NCBI GenBank assembly: GCA_028534125.1
Contig: CM052832.1
Span: forward strand, 7,070,001 to 7,134,000
DNA: 64,000 nt
Source of the DNA: Lama glama
Taxonomy: Eukaryota
Direction: 5' to 3'
Position 1 is the first letter of the stretch. Each line of letters starts with the position of its first letter. A model generated the notes under the pieces. It saw only the letters and a program-made list of their open reading frames with translations, was not told where the DNA came from and ran no database searches. A program made the translations under genes and the position numbers. Below are positions 23,547 through 35,599 of the stretch, one piece after another.

Positions 23547-26500
23547 GGAATGTGATTTATAATCTTATTTTAATTCATAAAGGACATTGGTCAACCCAGC
23601 TGGCTCTCCCCCTGAACTTCTAGCCCCAATGTTGTGGACAAAGGACTCCATCAGAATTCGTGTGAGCAGCTGGAGAGTGGGGCGGGGTAGGGGGCTGTTT
23701 TAGAGACTTCCCTGTTAAAGAGCCTGCTCCCCAGTCTGCTGGGCCCATCACCTTGGACTTGGTCTGTGACTGTTCCAGGAGGTGAAGCCACAGGAAGCGA
23801 TGGTGTGTTTTCTCCCTGCTGGAAAGCAGAGGGTTAAGACAAGCAGAGCCCCACGTCCCCTTTCACGCTATTAAGGTTCTCCACGAAAGGGGTATGAAAG
23901 GTGAGAGCCAGAGATTTATTAAGGAGAGTCTTTGTATTCTTTTTCGCCCTAACTCACACCCTGACGGTGCCACAGAACAGCCACCAGAAGGGAATTCTGC
24001 CCCGGGCCCTCCCCCAACCTATTCCATTTTCAGGATGCTTCCCCCCCTTCCTTTGAGTGTCAATCCTTCCAAAGCCTCTGCGCTCTATTCGGTTTGATTT
24101 CAGCTGGAGTGGTGAGAGGGAAGATTTATTTCCACAACTTTCTGTGTGGAGTGTTTCACAGAAGATGTATTGTTCTGAGCGAGATTTTCACCGGGGCGCA
24201 GTGGGAGAGGCAAGAAATCTCCCCCCAGAAATAATGCCCCATGGCTTTGAAATCAATGACTCTGAAAAAGAAGTAAAGAAGTACCTATAATCATTTCAGT
24301 GAGGTAGTCTGCAGCTATCTAGAGTTTACGTTTAAATCTATGCGGGTGTGTGACACTAATACACGTATGTGCACATTAAATCATATAATCTCAGGGTCAG
24401 AGGGCACTTCTAATACAAGCCCTTCTCTTGCCGTAATGCATTCTGAATTATGCCTGCATCAAGTATAGCGTGGGTTGCAATCGACCCGTTTGCCATCTAG
24501 CCAGTCTGCTGAAATTCTGCAGATGGCCCCTGACAAAGGCAGGCTCTTAATTCACAGCCTGAATGATGATAATTAAGTTAATTTCAAAACACTTTTATTG
24601 AGTTCAAGGTGCATTTAAAGGCAAAGAAGTTAATAAAAGGACTCATTGAGTTTTAGCAGCGGTTCTCATCTCTGGCTATACGTTAGGGTTACCTGGACTC
24701 TGGTATTTTTAATTCATACCTATAGAGAATCTGGTTACAGCAAATTCTAGTGTTCACTATGCTAGGTTCTTTTTTGCAAGAGAAAGAAATATTCTGCTTA
24801 CAATAATGAACTCTGGTAGCAAGAAGTTTCATATATAATTTCCCCCCAATAATGTTTAAAATATAAATCACTCTCCTCTCTACCACATGAACATACTCTT
24901 GATATTTTTCATTGGCCTTTGCAAAAGGCCTTTTGATTCTCCTTGTTGCAATCTTGGGGTATAGTTGAAAGAATCGTGGTCTAGGAATCAAGAAACATGG
25001 TCTTCCTCTCCTCTAACGTCAACTAGCTGGATGATTCTAGAGGAGGATTTTCTGGCCTCAGCTTACTCCTCAGTAAAATGGGCAGATTGTCCTAGGCAAT
25101 CTTTAGAAAGAAAGCATTGAAATCACGGGCTCAGTCAGAGAGATGGGAGTTTGAATCCCAGCCCAATCACTGCCTAGACCTTGGGCTTGTCTGTTTCAGA
25201 ACAGCCATTGGTAAACATGTACTGGGAAAAAAAATTAAGATGGCTCTCACGAGGCATCTTTGCAAAACAGACAAAATTAAGTATTCATTTCCATTCCATT
25301 TGGTTCCCCTCCTCCCCTCAGGTCCCTTCTTGAGTTGACAGAAGACTCACATAAAGTACAAAAAGTGGTTAAGAAACTCACCCAAATGATGAAGGAATTT
25401 CTACTTGGCACTTTTTTTTTTTTTTTTTGGTCCAGTAAATTACTCTTTTCTGTCCAGGTAGCCCGAAGGAGACAGGGAGTTATGCTGTCAGCAGCGCTTC
25501 AACATCCAGTATGCTTCCTGGGGTTGATGGCTCTCTTGGGGGCCCCAGTGGTGGGCATTTGGGGAAACATTTTGGAGGCCAGCCCTGCATGGAAACCTCC
25601 AAGTCGCATTCCACAGCCACCCACTGGTTACCCCAGTGTTAGAGGGGCCCTCTTTGTCTCCACCACTTCCTTTAATTGCGTCAGGGTCAGGATCTTTAAG
25701 TCGCCATCTTTGGGTAAATCTGATATGTCAGTCTTTTCGTGGGAGGGAAGAGACTGTGTCGAAAGGGGAGAAAAGAATGCGGGCATTTTCCTGCCATTCC
25801 CGAGGGCAGGTATTCCTTCCAACAGCCCAGGTATCCTGGGAACTTCTGAGAATTAACCCAGCCCGCTATGCAAAGGGCTTTCTACCCAGAAAGGAACAAA
25901 CCTTTTGATTAGTCCAACACGTCAAACCCCGGGGTAGATAAAGCCAGCATAATTCCTTGCCCCTTTCAGCCATTGTAACTATAGAATATAAGCTAGGTGT
26001 GTAGCTGGTTTTGTGAGCCTGGCGATTGGAAAAATATCTCAATTGGACGGGTTCCCTGAATGAATATGGGTGTGGGGGTGGCTAGGAACAGAGGAAATGC
26101 ACTGGAGCTGTGTGAAACTTGGCAGTTTCAGTTCACAGGGCTTTGGGTTAACTCAGTTTCAGTACATGCAGGTTCCCCTCCTTTGGAGGAGACACTTTGA
26201 CTTTCAGGTTGAAAGAAACTAAACGGAGCTGAAACCACATTATTTGACGTACTTTCAGTTTGAGTCCAGGAGAAGAAAGGGGTGGAGAGGTTGCCCCAGC
26301 CTCATTCCAACTTCTACAAACACTTGCGCCTGGTTCGCCTCCGGAGTTCGGTGATTCCTGGTCACCTTTCCTCCCCGCTAGATTCAAGTTGAACTGGGGA
26401 CCCAAATTCCCATTTATTTAGCTTCTCCTGGAGGCTGAAGTCCAAGCCCACCCTGGGAGAGCAGAGCCAGGCTGTGACGGAGGGGCAAGACCTACCCTGT

Positions 26501-26874
26501 AAGACCTGTATGTCTCCCAATGTCACTCTGTTGACCTTTCTGAAATCCCCCTTGGGGCCGGGGATGGTGATCAGCAGAGAATCTGGGTTTGAACCCCACC
26601 TCCACAACTTACCGACTGTATGATCTTGGGTGGGGGAAGGGAGTTGTCAGGCACTAAACTCTTGATGCAAACGTTAAGAGACTTTTTAAAAAATCCTGCC
26701 GTTTGTCTTACTACCTCAAAATCCCATTGTTGCTCCAAGTTTGCTTTAGCCAGTTAACACGTTTGGTAAGGACACGTTCATCTGTCCCTAGCCCAGTCCC
26801 CTGAAAGTGCTAAGTGGTTTTCGGAGATGTTGATAATGGAGTAGTTAAGAAACGTTTATCAGTGAGTGCTGCAG

Positions 26875-27098
26875 AAAAAAAGAGGACAGTAATGAATTCG
26901 TTTACAGAACAGAAACAGACTCGCAGACGCAGTAAACAATCTTATAGTTACCAGGGAAAGGGAGTGGGGAGGGATACACTGGCAAGCTTAAGATTTTTAA
27001 ATGTTAACCTCTATATTTTAAGAAAACAGATTTCTTTTGTATAGCACAGGGAACTATATTCAATATCTTGTAATAACCTTCAGTGAAAACGAATATGT
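26875..27098 (+). mobile_element. L1 3' UTR fragment running into an assembly gap
   Basis: acagaaacagactcgcagac...gtatagcacagggaactatattcaatatcttgtaataacc, similar to 3330-3531. Confidence 0.85.
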
Positions 27099-27198
27099 NN
27101 NNNNNNNNNNNNNNNNNNNNNNNNNNNNNNNNNNNNNNNNNNNNNNNNNNNNNNNNNNNNNNNNNNNNNNNNNNNNNNNNNNNNNNNNNNNNNNNNNN
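27099..27198. other. Assembly gap (100 N)
   Basis: Run of N. Confidence 1.
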
Positions 27199-27415
27199 AA
27201 GAAAGAAAGAGAGAAAGAAAGATTGAGAAGAATGGGAGACTGCTAAACAGGTGAGAGGGATGAAGGTGGGCAGGAGAGGAAGCAGCCAGACCCTGAGTGT
27301 GTTCCCAGGAGGGAGAAGGAGGTTTAGAAAGTGGAGCTGGAGGGTGCTGAGGCCAACCCTACCTATTCCCCAATTTGGCCACAGAGAGGAGTTACCCTCT
27401 TACAAATGCACTCAG

Positions 27416-27566
27416 AGAATATGAAAACGAATATATGTACATTCATGTATGACTGAAAAATTGTGCTGCATGCCAGAAATTGACACAACATTGTAAACTG
27501 ACTATAACTCTAAAATAAAATAAAATAAAATAAAATAAAATAAAACAAAATAAAACAAAATAAAAA
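27416..27566 (+). mobile_element. Very short 5'-truncated L1 with a (TAAAA)n tail and a perfect 14-bp target-site duplication
   Basis: L1 3' terminus sequence (gaaattgacacaacattgtaaactgactataact), with ACAAATGCACTCAG at 27402-27415 and 27567-27580. Confidence 0.92.
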
Positions 27567-28447
27567 ACAAATGCACTCAGCTCCTTCAAAAAGCAAGAGG
27601 CCTCTCCCTGGAAGCCGTGACCTCAGTGGTCCCTTTTTGTCCTACCCCAGGTCTGATTGAGGCCATCTTTCTTTCCAAATTATATCCTGAACCCTCGGAG
27701 GTCTCTGCTGGGGAATGGGAACCAGGATAGCCAACCCCCCCCCGCCCCCTGCTCCATGGCATTTCCAAATAGAAGAAATGAGGGAAAGAGGGAGGCTGAG
27801 AGGGAAGAAGAGAGAGATTATCCTCGTTGTAGGAAGAATGACTGCTCCCAAAGGGGCTTTGATTTCCAGAAATTAGCTAGTGTGCACCCTGACAAAACTC
27901 CTGCTGCACGTGGGACTACTGTAGTAGTGATCACGCAGCTGAGCGAGAAGGGGAGACGGGTCTAGAGTAAAAGGAGGAGCTCTGAAGAGGACAGACAGAC
28001 CCCAGCCAGTGAGAATGTGATTTGCTAAATGTTTCAAGTTACATGGCCAGAAGAAGAGCCTTCAGGACATCCTGTCAGGGATGGTTTTCACTCTAGAAGA
28101 AAAGCAGCTCAAACGCTCAAGGTCTGACTGGGGTTCAGTATTGAGTCAAGCTGATCTTTGACGATGTTCAGTCGCAGGAGCTGGTTCCACAAGCCACACG
28201 CGATACTCAACTCTTTGTAGGCACATCTCAAACCAAGGACCCAAGGACTAACAACCAAAGCACACACCCCACCACAGGGGATGGGGGCACATCTATCCTG
28301 TGCAATGGCCTGCAGGACAGTGACCCAGAGAGGTGATGATCTGGGGGGAAGGAGGTCTTTTTAATGAAAATCCTTGAGGCATGGATCCAAAACTCTGAGT
28401 TTGGATCAAAAGACTCCCTATTACCAAAGCTAAGTCCACAAGCTCCA

Positions 28448-28935
28448 TGTAGCGATGATTACTGATTCTCCTTCAACATCTATTCTCTCCTCCTTCCATA
28501 GTACTTAAACCTGCTTTGTTGTGGGGCCCCTGGATGCTGGGTTAAAGACTACATTTCCCAGCCTTCCTCGTGGTTGTGTGACCATGGAGCTCAGCCCTGG
28601 CCAATGGGGTTAAAGTGGCATAGGTAACTGGATGGGGATGGTTTTAAAAGCAAAGCTGTGCCCTTGGTCCCCACCCCTCTCCCCAGCCTTGTTGCTTCCC
28701 ACTGGCTGGAACATGGCTATCAATGGCTAGAGCTCCAGCAGCAAACTGGGACCACGACATATTCTAGAGAAGCCACGCATAGTGGAGGATTGAGGTCAAA
28801 AGTGCCTGAATTCCTGATGCTATGCAGCGCCTGGTGGCCCTGGACCGCCTGCCTCCAGACTTCTTGAATGTAAGGTGTAAACTAACGTCTTCCTTGTTTA
28901 TGCTGTTGCTCACCCCTACACTTAATCATAGCAGA
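28448..28935 (+). mobile_element. MaLR LTR (MLT1J/K-like)
   Basis: catctattctctcctccttccatagt...aaagactacatttcccagccttcctcg...ctggccaatggg. Confidence 0.7.
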
Positions 28936-29019
28936 CACATCCCCTTAATAGGCTGTATGTTTTTCTCCCTTCATTTTCTCTTCCAATAATTCCAATTACT
29001 CAGTCAACAAAAATTAAGA

Positions 29020-29420
29020 TAATAATAGTTAGCATTTCTGGAGTGCTTATTATGTGCCAGGCACTGTTCTAAAGGCTTTATAAGAATTAATGTATTTGTT
29101 ACAACAACCTAGGAAGCAGGTGCTGCCTTTTTTTTTATAAGGATATTTATCTTAAGAATGTTTACAACAGCACAAAACAGGAAATAAACTATATGGATAG
29201 GGGACTGATTGATTAATTGTGTCTGTGTGAAAGCGTCACGCAGCTCTCTAGAGACTGATATGGGACAATCTCTCAAGTATGTAGTGAAGTGAAAAAAGCC
29301 AGCTATCAAAGTATGCTTTTACAAATCAGGAAACTGAGGCATAGAATACTTAAGGAACTTGCTTGATGTTACATTTCTTATAGATGACTGATGATTGAAT
29401 TGAAATTATCAGACTTCAAC
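29020..29420. mobile_element. MIR (minus strand) interrupted by an old L1 3' fragment (~29135-29315, plus strand)
   Basis: The MIR halves gtgcttattatgtgccaggcactgttct... and ttttacaaatcaggaaactgaggca... flank L1-like aagaatgtttacaacagcac...gaagtgaaaaaagccag. Confidence 0.6.
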
Positions 29421-29972
29421 TCTGAAAAGTGAGAGAGAAGGATGGGTTGGCCCAGGTCATCAGCCGCCAGCTGAGATTAGCAGTGATGGGGAGTTGGATC
29501 AGGTGAATTCTGAGATGCACTTGGCTCTAAACGTTCCATAACTGGGGGACTTAGAGACATGATAAGAGCCTTGGGCAATCAAAGGGAGATTCACTGTTGT
29601 GCATCACACTTCTCTTCCTGAGAGAAAGAGATCTGGAAACTTTTAGATGTATTTTCATTGCCTTTGTTGCAGGCTGATTCTAGATTCTTCAGAAACCCAA
29701 TCACAACTTGCATTTTTCAGCATTGGCTACACCCCACAAAATTTGTGAACTCTTGTCATAAAAGAATCATGTAGAAAAGTCTTAGACTTGAATTCAGAAG
29801 ATGTTGGCTTATGTCCTGCACCTTAAGAAAGTTGCTTTTTCTCTGAGTATCAATTTCCTCATATGTGAGTTGGGATTGGTAAGACTTGGATCAAAGGGTT
29901 GGCATGAAGATTAAGGAACAATGAGTAAAACACACTGTAAATCAGAAAGTCCTGAAAACATGTATAATTCTT

Positions 29973-30108
29973 TGGGGGCTTTGGGGGGTTGGGGTAGGTA
30001 ATGAGGTTTATTTATTTATTTGTTTATTTTTAACAGAGGGACTGGGGATTGAACCCAGGACCTCTGCATGCCAGGCATGTGCTCTAACCACTGAGCTAGA
30101 CCCTCCCC
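29973..30108 (-). mobile_element. tRNA-Ala-derived SINE (Vic-1-like)
   Basis: Reverse complement of the same head and (AAAT)n tail, with a degenerate target-site duplication atgtataattctt / atgcgtcattctt. Confidence 0.88.
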
Positions 30109-30169
30109 ACAGATGCGTCATTCTTAACTGCCCTTTATAATCTTCATAAACCTCTTTCACACACATTTT

Positions 30170-30530
30170 CTATATCGTTTGTTCCTCATTATGATCCAGC
30201 CAGATATGTCACATGAATAACATTACCCCCACTTTACAGAGGAGGAAACTGAGGCCCAGGAACGTGAATTAACTTGGCCAAGTTCACAACTATTCCATGA
30301 AAGAGTCAGCCCTTCAAGCAGACACCTGAGAAGTCCTGAAATCCTGACCGTGCCTCTCCAGAGGGTGAACCAGCAGAGAGGACACCTAGCGATTTTAACA
30401 CGGACACTGGAGCCTGGCTCCCTCAGTGTGAAGCCCAGATCTTCCAGCTGCAATCTGTGCCCCTCTAGACAAGTGGTTTAACCTCTCTGGGCCTCAGCTT
30501 CCTCATCCACAAAATGGAGCTGGAATAAGA
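30170..30530. mobile_element. Two MIR fragments in opposite orientation
   Basis: cccactttacagaggaggaaactgaggcccag (~30230) and ttaacctctctgggcctcagcttcctcatccacaaaatgg (~30480). Confidence 0.7.
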
Positions 30531-31539
30531 TTAGAGGGGTGATGAGGGTTTAAAGATTCTCTGCAATGTTTTGCTTACGGACTGAAAGTTTCGCTTTCAA
30601 ACCTCTTCAGTGTCTTTCCAAAGGGCCCTCCTGTGCTTGGTTGGAAGACACTTTTAATTCTGTTCTTCCTTGAGCTCGTGAGAGTCTGGTGTCCACACCT
30701 GTGGCCAGGGCCTGAAACCTCGAAGGAAAAGGATGTCACCAGAGGTACCCGGTTCCCTCAGTGGGGGCCGGAACCCCAGGCTGTGAGTGCACCCAGTGCA
30801 GAGAATTTCCATCTCTGCACAGGGAAGCGTAGAATCTAGAGCACCAGAGGTGAAGCAGGAAGGAGGGATCGACGCCCAGCTGCCCAGGCTTGCCGCTCGG
30901 CATGGAAACACCCCCTGGCTGCACACAGACACCCACGGCCACGCCAGCGTGTACGTTTACCCTAGGACCAAGCAGATGAATTGGCTGAATTCACTACCAC
31001 TCTTGTTTAATTTGGAGCCTTGAGCGCCCAACTGCCAAGTGAAATGGCTGTCTTAGAAAGCGCCTGTGTATTTTAAAGGAATATTGCCTGCATTTTAACC
31101 AGAGATTTCCTCTGTATGTTTATTTCCAATAGTCAAAGTGCCAGAGGGTGGTAGGTTTCCTGCCTCTCAGCTGCGGTTGTTGGGACAAGATGACTGGCCC
31201 CAGCCGGAGAACACTGAATGACGGGCTACAAGGAGTGGATTGGAAATCAGTGGGGTTCTGCTGTTCCCCCATGGTTCACCACCCGGGGAGAGGAAGGGAC
31301 TGGTTTTATTCTGAAGTCCAGGGTGCTTACAGATGGTATATTGTATCCAAACCATCAATGTAATGCCTCCTGTTTGAACATTGCTTTGCAGTTAGATTCT
31401 TTCACATTCAGTCCCTGGGCAGCAGGAAGGCTGCTGGTCTGGTCACATCCTGGGCGAGTGCAGGCCGACGCTATGCTGGTTGCATGCACAGCCAGATGCT
31501 GGCAGGAGCCATCACCTTACTTAACTGATGCCACGTCCC

Positions 31540-31790
31540 AGGAGTGTGGTCTTGGCCAGATCACTTAACCTCTCTGTGCCTCTTCCCTCACATCCCTCCT
31601 TGGAGGGTAGTGAGGAGTAAATGGGTTAATGCATGTAAAGAACTTAGAATAACGCCTAACCCTTAGTGAGCACTCAGTAAATGCTAATGACAGTGATGAT
31701 AAGGATGGTGACAATGATAAGGGTGGAGGTGACAGTGGTGGTGGTGATGATGACGGTGGTGTTGATGATGACGATGGTGGTGACTGTGGG
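31540..31790 (+). mobile_element. MIR 3' half followed by a (GAT/GGT)n low-complexity tail
   Basis: gtgtggtcttggccagatcacttaacctctctgtgcct...gcactcagtaaatgctaatga, then repeats of gatgat/ggtggt. Confidence 0.7.
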
Positions 31791-33493
31791 GTTGCTTCTT
31801 TCTCCTCCTTTTCGGTAAAATAACAATAATCATAGATTCCAGTCACTGGAGGCCTGTGGTGTGTCAGGAAGCCACCCTGATGGGCACTTCACACACAGTG
31901 CGTCTAATCTCTGACACCCCACTGTTACGGTTGGGAAAATGGAGGCTCAGACGGGTTAAATAACTGGCCTGCGGTCCCAGTCCTAGTAAAAGGCAGGGGT
32001 TTGTGTCTGTTGATCCCCAGTCCACGCCTTTCCCCCCACACCACCCTGCGCACATCTCCGCTGCATCTCCGGGGCGGTTTCGTCTTCTTCATGCTTCCTG
32101 GAAAAGGCGGTGTGTAATATAAATAAATGAGCGTACAAACAGACCTTTAGAAAGTCGGGTTCTTGACTGTTTCCTCTTCCTCCTGCATTTTGTTTCACTT
32201 CTATCTTGACTTTTACACCGCCTCCTACCAGCTTAGGTTCCCAAGATTCCTGTTCACAATACCCTTCATTAAGAAAGTGTTTTGTGAAACAGAAGAGTTT
32301 TTCCTGAGGCCCCCGGCTATGTCAATGCCAGTTTGGAAATCCTGGGTTAAGTGGACAAGGTATTGTTTGGAAATAACAAAGTTGCATGACTCATTCGTGA
32401 GCCTGGGGGTACTGAGCACCTGGCATGTGCCAGGAACAGTCCAGCTTGTAGGAACAAAGCCCCCACTCCTGCAGACTCACATTCTAGAGGATGATACACA
32501 CAGTTCCAATACACAAAAGAGAAATAATTGTATCTCCCCTGTTTCACGAAAGCTGCATTCTTTCCAGGGAAAGACATGCTTCTCAAGGCATCTGTGCCTC
32601 CGGCCCAGTTTGGAATCAAGACTCTCAGACTCCAACCCCGGCTGGGAGAGACAAGGAGGTGGGGACACCGAGAGTGAATTCTCGGTGCTGCTTTCTTCAC
32701 CTGTGACCACGAGTGAGGATGAGCCCCTCCGATCTTCAGGTTATTCCTTTGCAACAGAGATGACGCCCAGTCTCTCCATAACAATGCCTTGCTTTTGCCT
32801 GATACTTTTAACCAGCACCTAAGTTGCACATCAGCATTTCCTTTAATAGTGCCTGGCCACCCAGGTTGTGGGAGGCATCAGCTAACTGAATCTCTCTGAA
32901 GCCCAATGGACTAGTAGCCACCACTGCATCCTGACCATTCAGCGGCCCCAGCTCCTTCTGCAGATCAAGACAGAGAATTCTGAAAGAGGACTTTGACCAG
33001 CAGCAGATGTGCTGGCTGAGCTGAGGACGGAGGGTGGCCGAGGCTTGGGGAGGAGACTGGCTGGTCCCAGACAAGGCAGCATGTGCCTCCCGGTCCTTCT
33101 TACTTGTCCACCGCCGCTGCCTGCCTTGTTGATGGAAATAAATAAGTGAAAGCCATTTAAGTGAAGTGCTGTTTGTGCGTGGTTTTTCTTGGTAAATATG
33201 CAGCACTTAGGTCCTAGTTTTGACCTTTAGGTGTAGCTCCTCGGAATGAAACATTGGCCTTGCAAAACCACTGCAGGGTCCATGTATGGTCAGGCTGCTT
33301 CCTCACTCCGTCCTGCTCCTATATGGAGCAGATTAACCTAGATTTTAAGTATACACACCAAAGAGAACTGCATTCAAATTCTATCTCTTCACTCATGAGC
33401 TGTGTGACTTTGGGAAAGTGACTTGACTCATCTGTGCCTTGGTTGCCTCGTCTCTAAAATGGGAATAAGAATATTTGAAGGTCCAGTTAAATA

Positions 33494-33702
33494 ATGTCTG
33501 TAAACAAATGCTGGAGAGGCTGTGGAGAAAAGGGAACCCTCCTTCACTGCTGGTGGGAATGCAGTTTGGTGCAGCCACTGTGGAAAACAGTATGGAGATT
33601 CCTCAAAAGACTAGGAATAGACTTACCATATGAGCCAGGAATCCCATTCCTGGGCATATATCCAGAAGGAATCCTACTTCAAAAAGACACCTACACCCCA
33701 AT
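33494..33702 (+). mobile_element. Relatively young L1 ORF2 C-terminal fragment running into a gap
   Basis: The peptide [34 protein letters not shown] is the L1 ORF2 cysteine-rich domain. An A-run follows the gap (34203-34210). Confidence 0.95.
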
Positions 33703-34202
33703 NNNNNNNNNNNNNNNNNNNNNNNNNNNNNNNNNNNNNNNNNNNNNNNNNNNNNNNNNNNNNNNNNNNNNNNNNNNNNNNNNNNNNNNNNNNNNNNNNN
33801 NNNNNNNNNNNNNNNNNNNNNNNNNNNNNNNNNNNNNNNNNNNNNNNNNNNNNNNNNNNNNNNNNNNNNNNNNNNNNNNNNNNNNNNNNNNNNNNNNNNN
33901 NNNNNNNNNNNNNNNNNNNNNNNNNNNNNNNNNNNNNNNNNNNNNNNNNNNNNNNNNNNNNNNNNNNNNNNNNNNNNNNNNNNNNNNNNNNNNNNNNNNN
34001 NNNNNNNNNNNNNNNNNNNNNNNNNNNNNNNNNNNNNNNNNNNNNNNNNNNNNNNNNNNNNNNNNNNNNNNNNNNNNNNNNNNNNNNNNNNNNNNNNNNN
34101 NNNNNNNNNNNNNNNNNNNNNNNNNNNNNNNNNNNNNNNNNNNNNNNNNNNNNNNNNNNNNNNNNNNNNNNNNNNNNNNNNNNNNNNNNNNNNNNNNNNN
34201 NN
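33703..34202. other. Assembly gap (500 N)
   Basis: Run of N. Confidence 1.
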
Positions 34203-35422
34203 AAAAAAAAGGTCTTTTGAAATTAGCCTTCTAGGATATGGATCGGGTGGGAGGAGGGGAGGCAAAGAAGGACCTTGGAAGAACTCCAGCTATTTCATCC
34301 CAGCTTTTTCATTGCACTTTGGAGATCTGGGACACATTGATTCACAACTTTATAGTTCTCATTCAGCATTGATTTATGGGTTGACCAATCTGGGCCTAAT
34401 CAGTTGGAGAAGGATTGGTTTTTCGGTCCAATAATGTTATATTTATGAGTCCACGAAGTGCACCGCGGCTGCAGCTCGGCCTGGAGTCAATAGAATAGAG
34501 CTTCTAAGATCTCAGAGAGAGAGGGGAGTTCACAGACCATTTTCTGCTCCCAGATCACGCTTAATGCTCCCTGTACATTAAAGGCTTCTGGTGTCATCTC
34601 ATATTTAAACTCCAAACGACCTGCCTGTAAATCTTTAACAACTGTGATCGGCTCCAACAGTTGTGAGCATTCCTAGTCCCATCTGCCTGTCACTTTCCCC
34701 CCCACCTCTTTCTTCCTCTGACTGTGGAAGTTACTAGACCGAGGCTGGAGCTGCAGACATTGCTGGGCGCTGGCCGGATCCCTCGCAGCCGCGGAGACCA
34801 GGGCGGGGTTTGCGTGTGTGAGCAGAGAAGCCCGGTCAAGGCCACGCAGAGTTCAACAGGTTATCATGTGCTTCCGGCTCAACTTGTGGTTATTCTGGTC
34901 CAGTAACTAAAGAAATGAGTGGCCTGGATCGACAGGAACTAGAGGAGAAGCCCGCCGTGGTAAAGAGGAAATAGAGGTATTCAGAGAGCAAGCATCTCTG
35001 TGTTTTCCTTTTACAGGAAAGAAATTTTCCTTGTCCACCTCTGGGCAGTTTTCTCTTCTCAGCCTCCGTCACTGGCCATCCTTGGCCGGGACATTCTCAG
35101 GACGTCTTCGGGCAGCAGCTCCACGGTGGGTCAGAAGTCAACATCTACTGCCAGTCGTGACTGCCCCCTAATTCACCGTTGGAAGTCTCCTGACAAGGGG
35201 GTTGCTGCACAGTTTACCCTTAAAGGAGAAAAATCCAGTCACGGCAAAACACCACTCAGATAAGTCACAGCATCTGAGGGATGAAGGGAGAAGCTGCAAC
35301 TTCTAAATTTCAGAGTCCAAGCCCTAAAAGGTGACCAGATCTACGCATAGAGAGGGAGTTTTCCGTATCCTGGGATGATTGTTTACCATCACTGGATGAA
35401 CAGTCAGATGGTTTGTCCAGAC

Positions 35423-35599
35423 CAGGGATCGGCAAACTTTTTCCGCAAGCAGTCAGATAGGAAATAGTTTTGGCTTTTGGGTCACCTACGGTCTCTGTCA
35501 CGTATTCTTCTTCTTTTTCAGAATTTGAAAATATAAAAATCGTTCTCAGTTCCCAAGCTAAACAAGAACAGATTACTAGCCAGAGTTTCCTGACCCCCG
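35423..35599. mobile_element. MER58-like hAT/Charlie MITE
   Basis: Terminal inverted repeats cagggatcggcaaac ... gtttcctgacccccg around an AT-rich core. Confidence 0.8.

Noticed and set aside
28384..28407. Short inverted repeat gatccaaaactc-t-gagtttggatc
   Set aside because: Too short for a pre-miRNA or MITE and plausible by chance.
32163..32829. 219-aa and 160-aa ORFs
   Set aside because: No recognisable protein motif, non-ATG starts, and overlap with repeat-like sequence.
33494..34265. Long ORFs of 196-246 aa
   Set aside because: They are artefacts of translating through the 500-N gap; only the L1 ORF2 piece is real.
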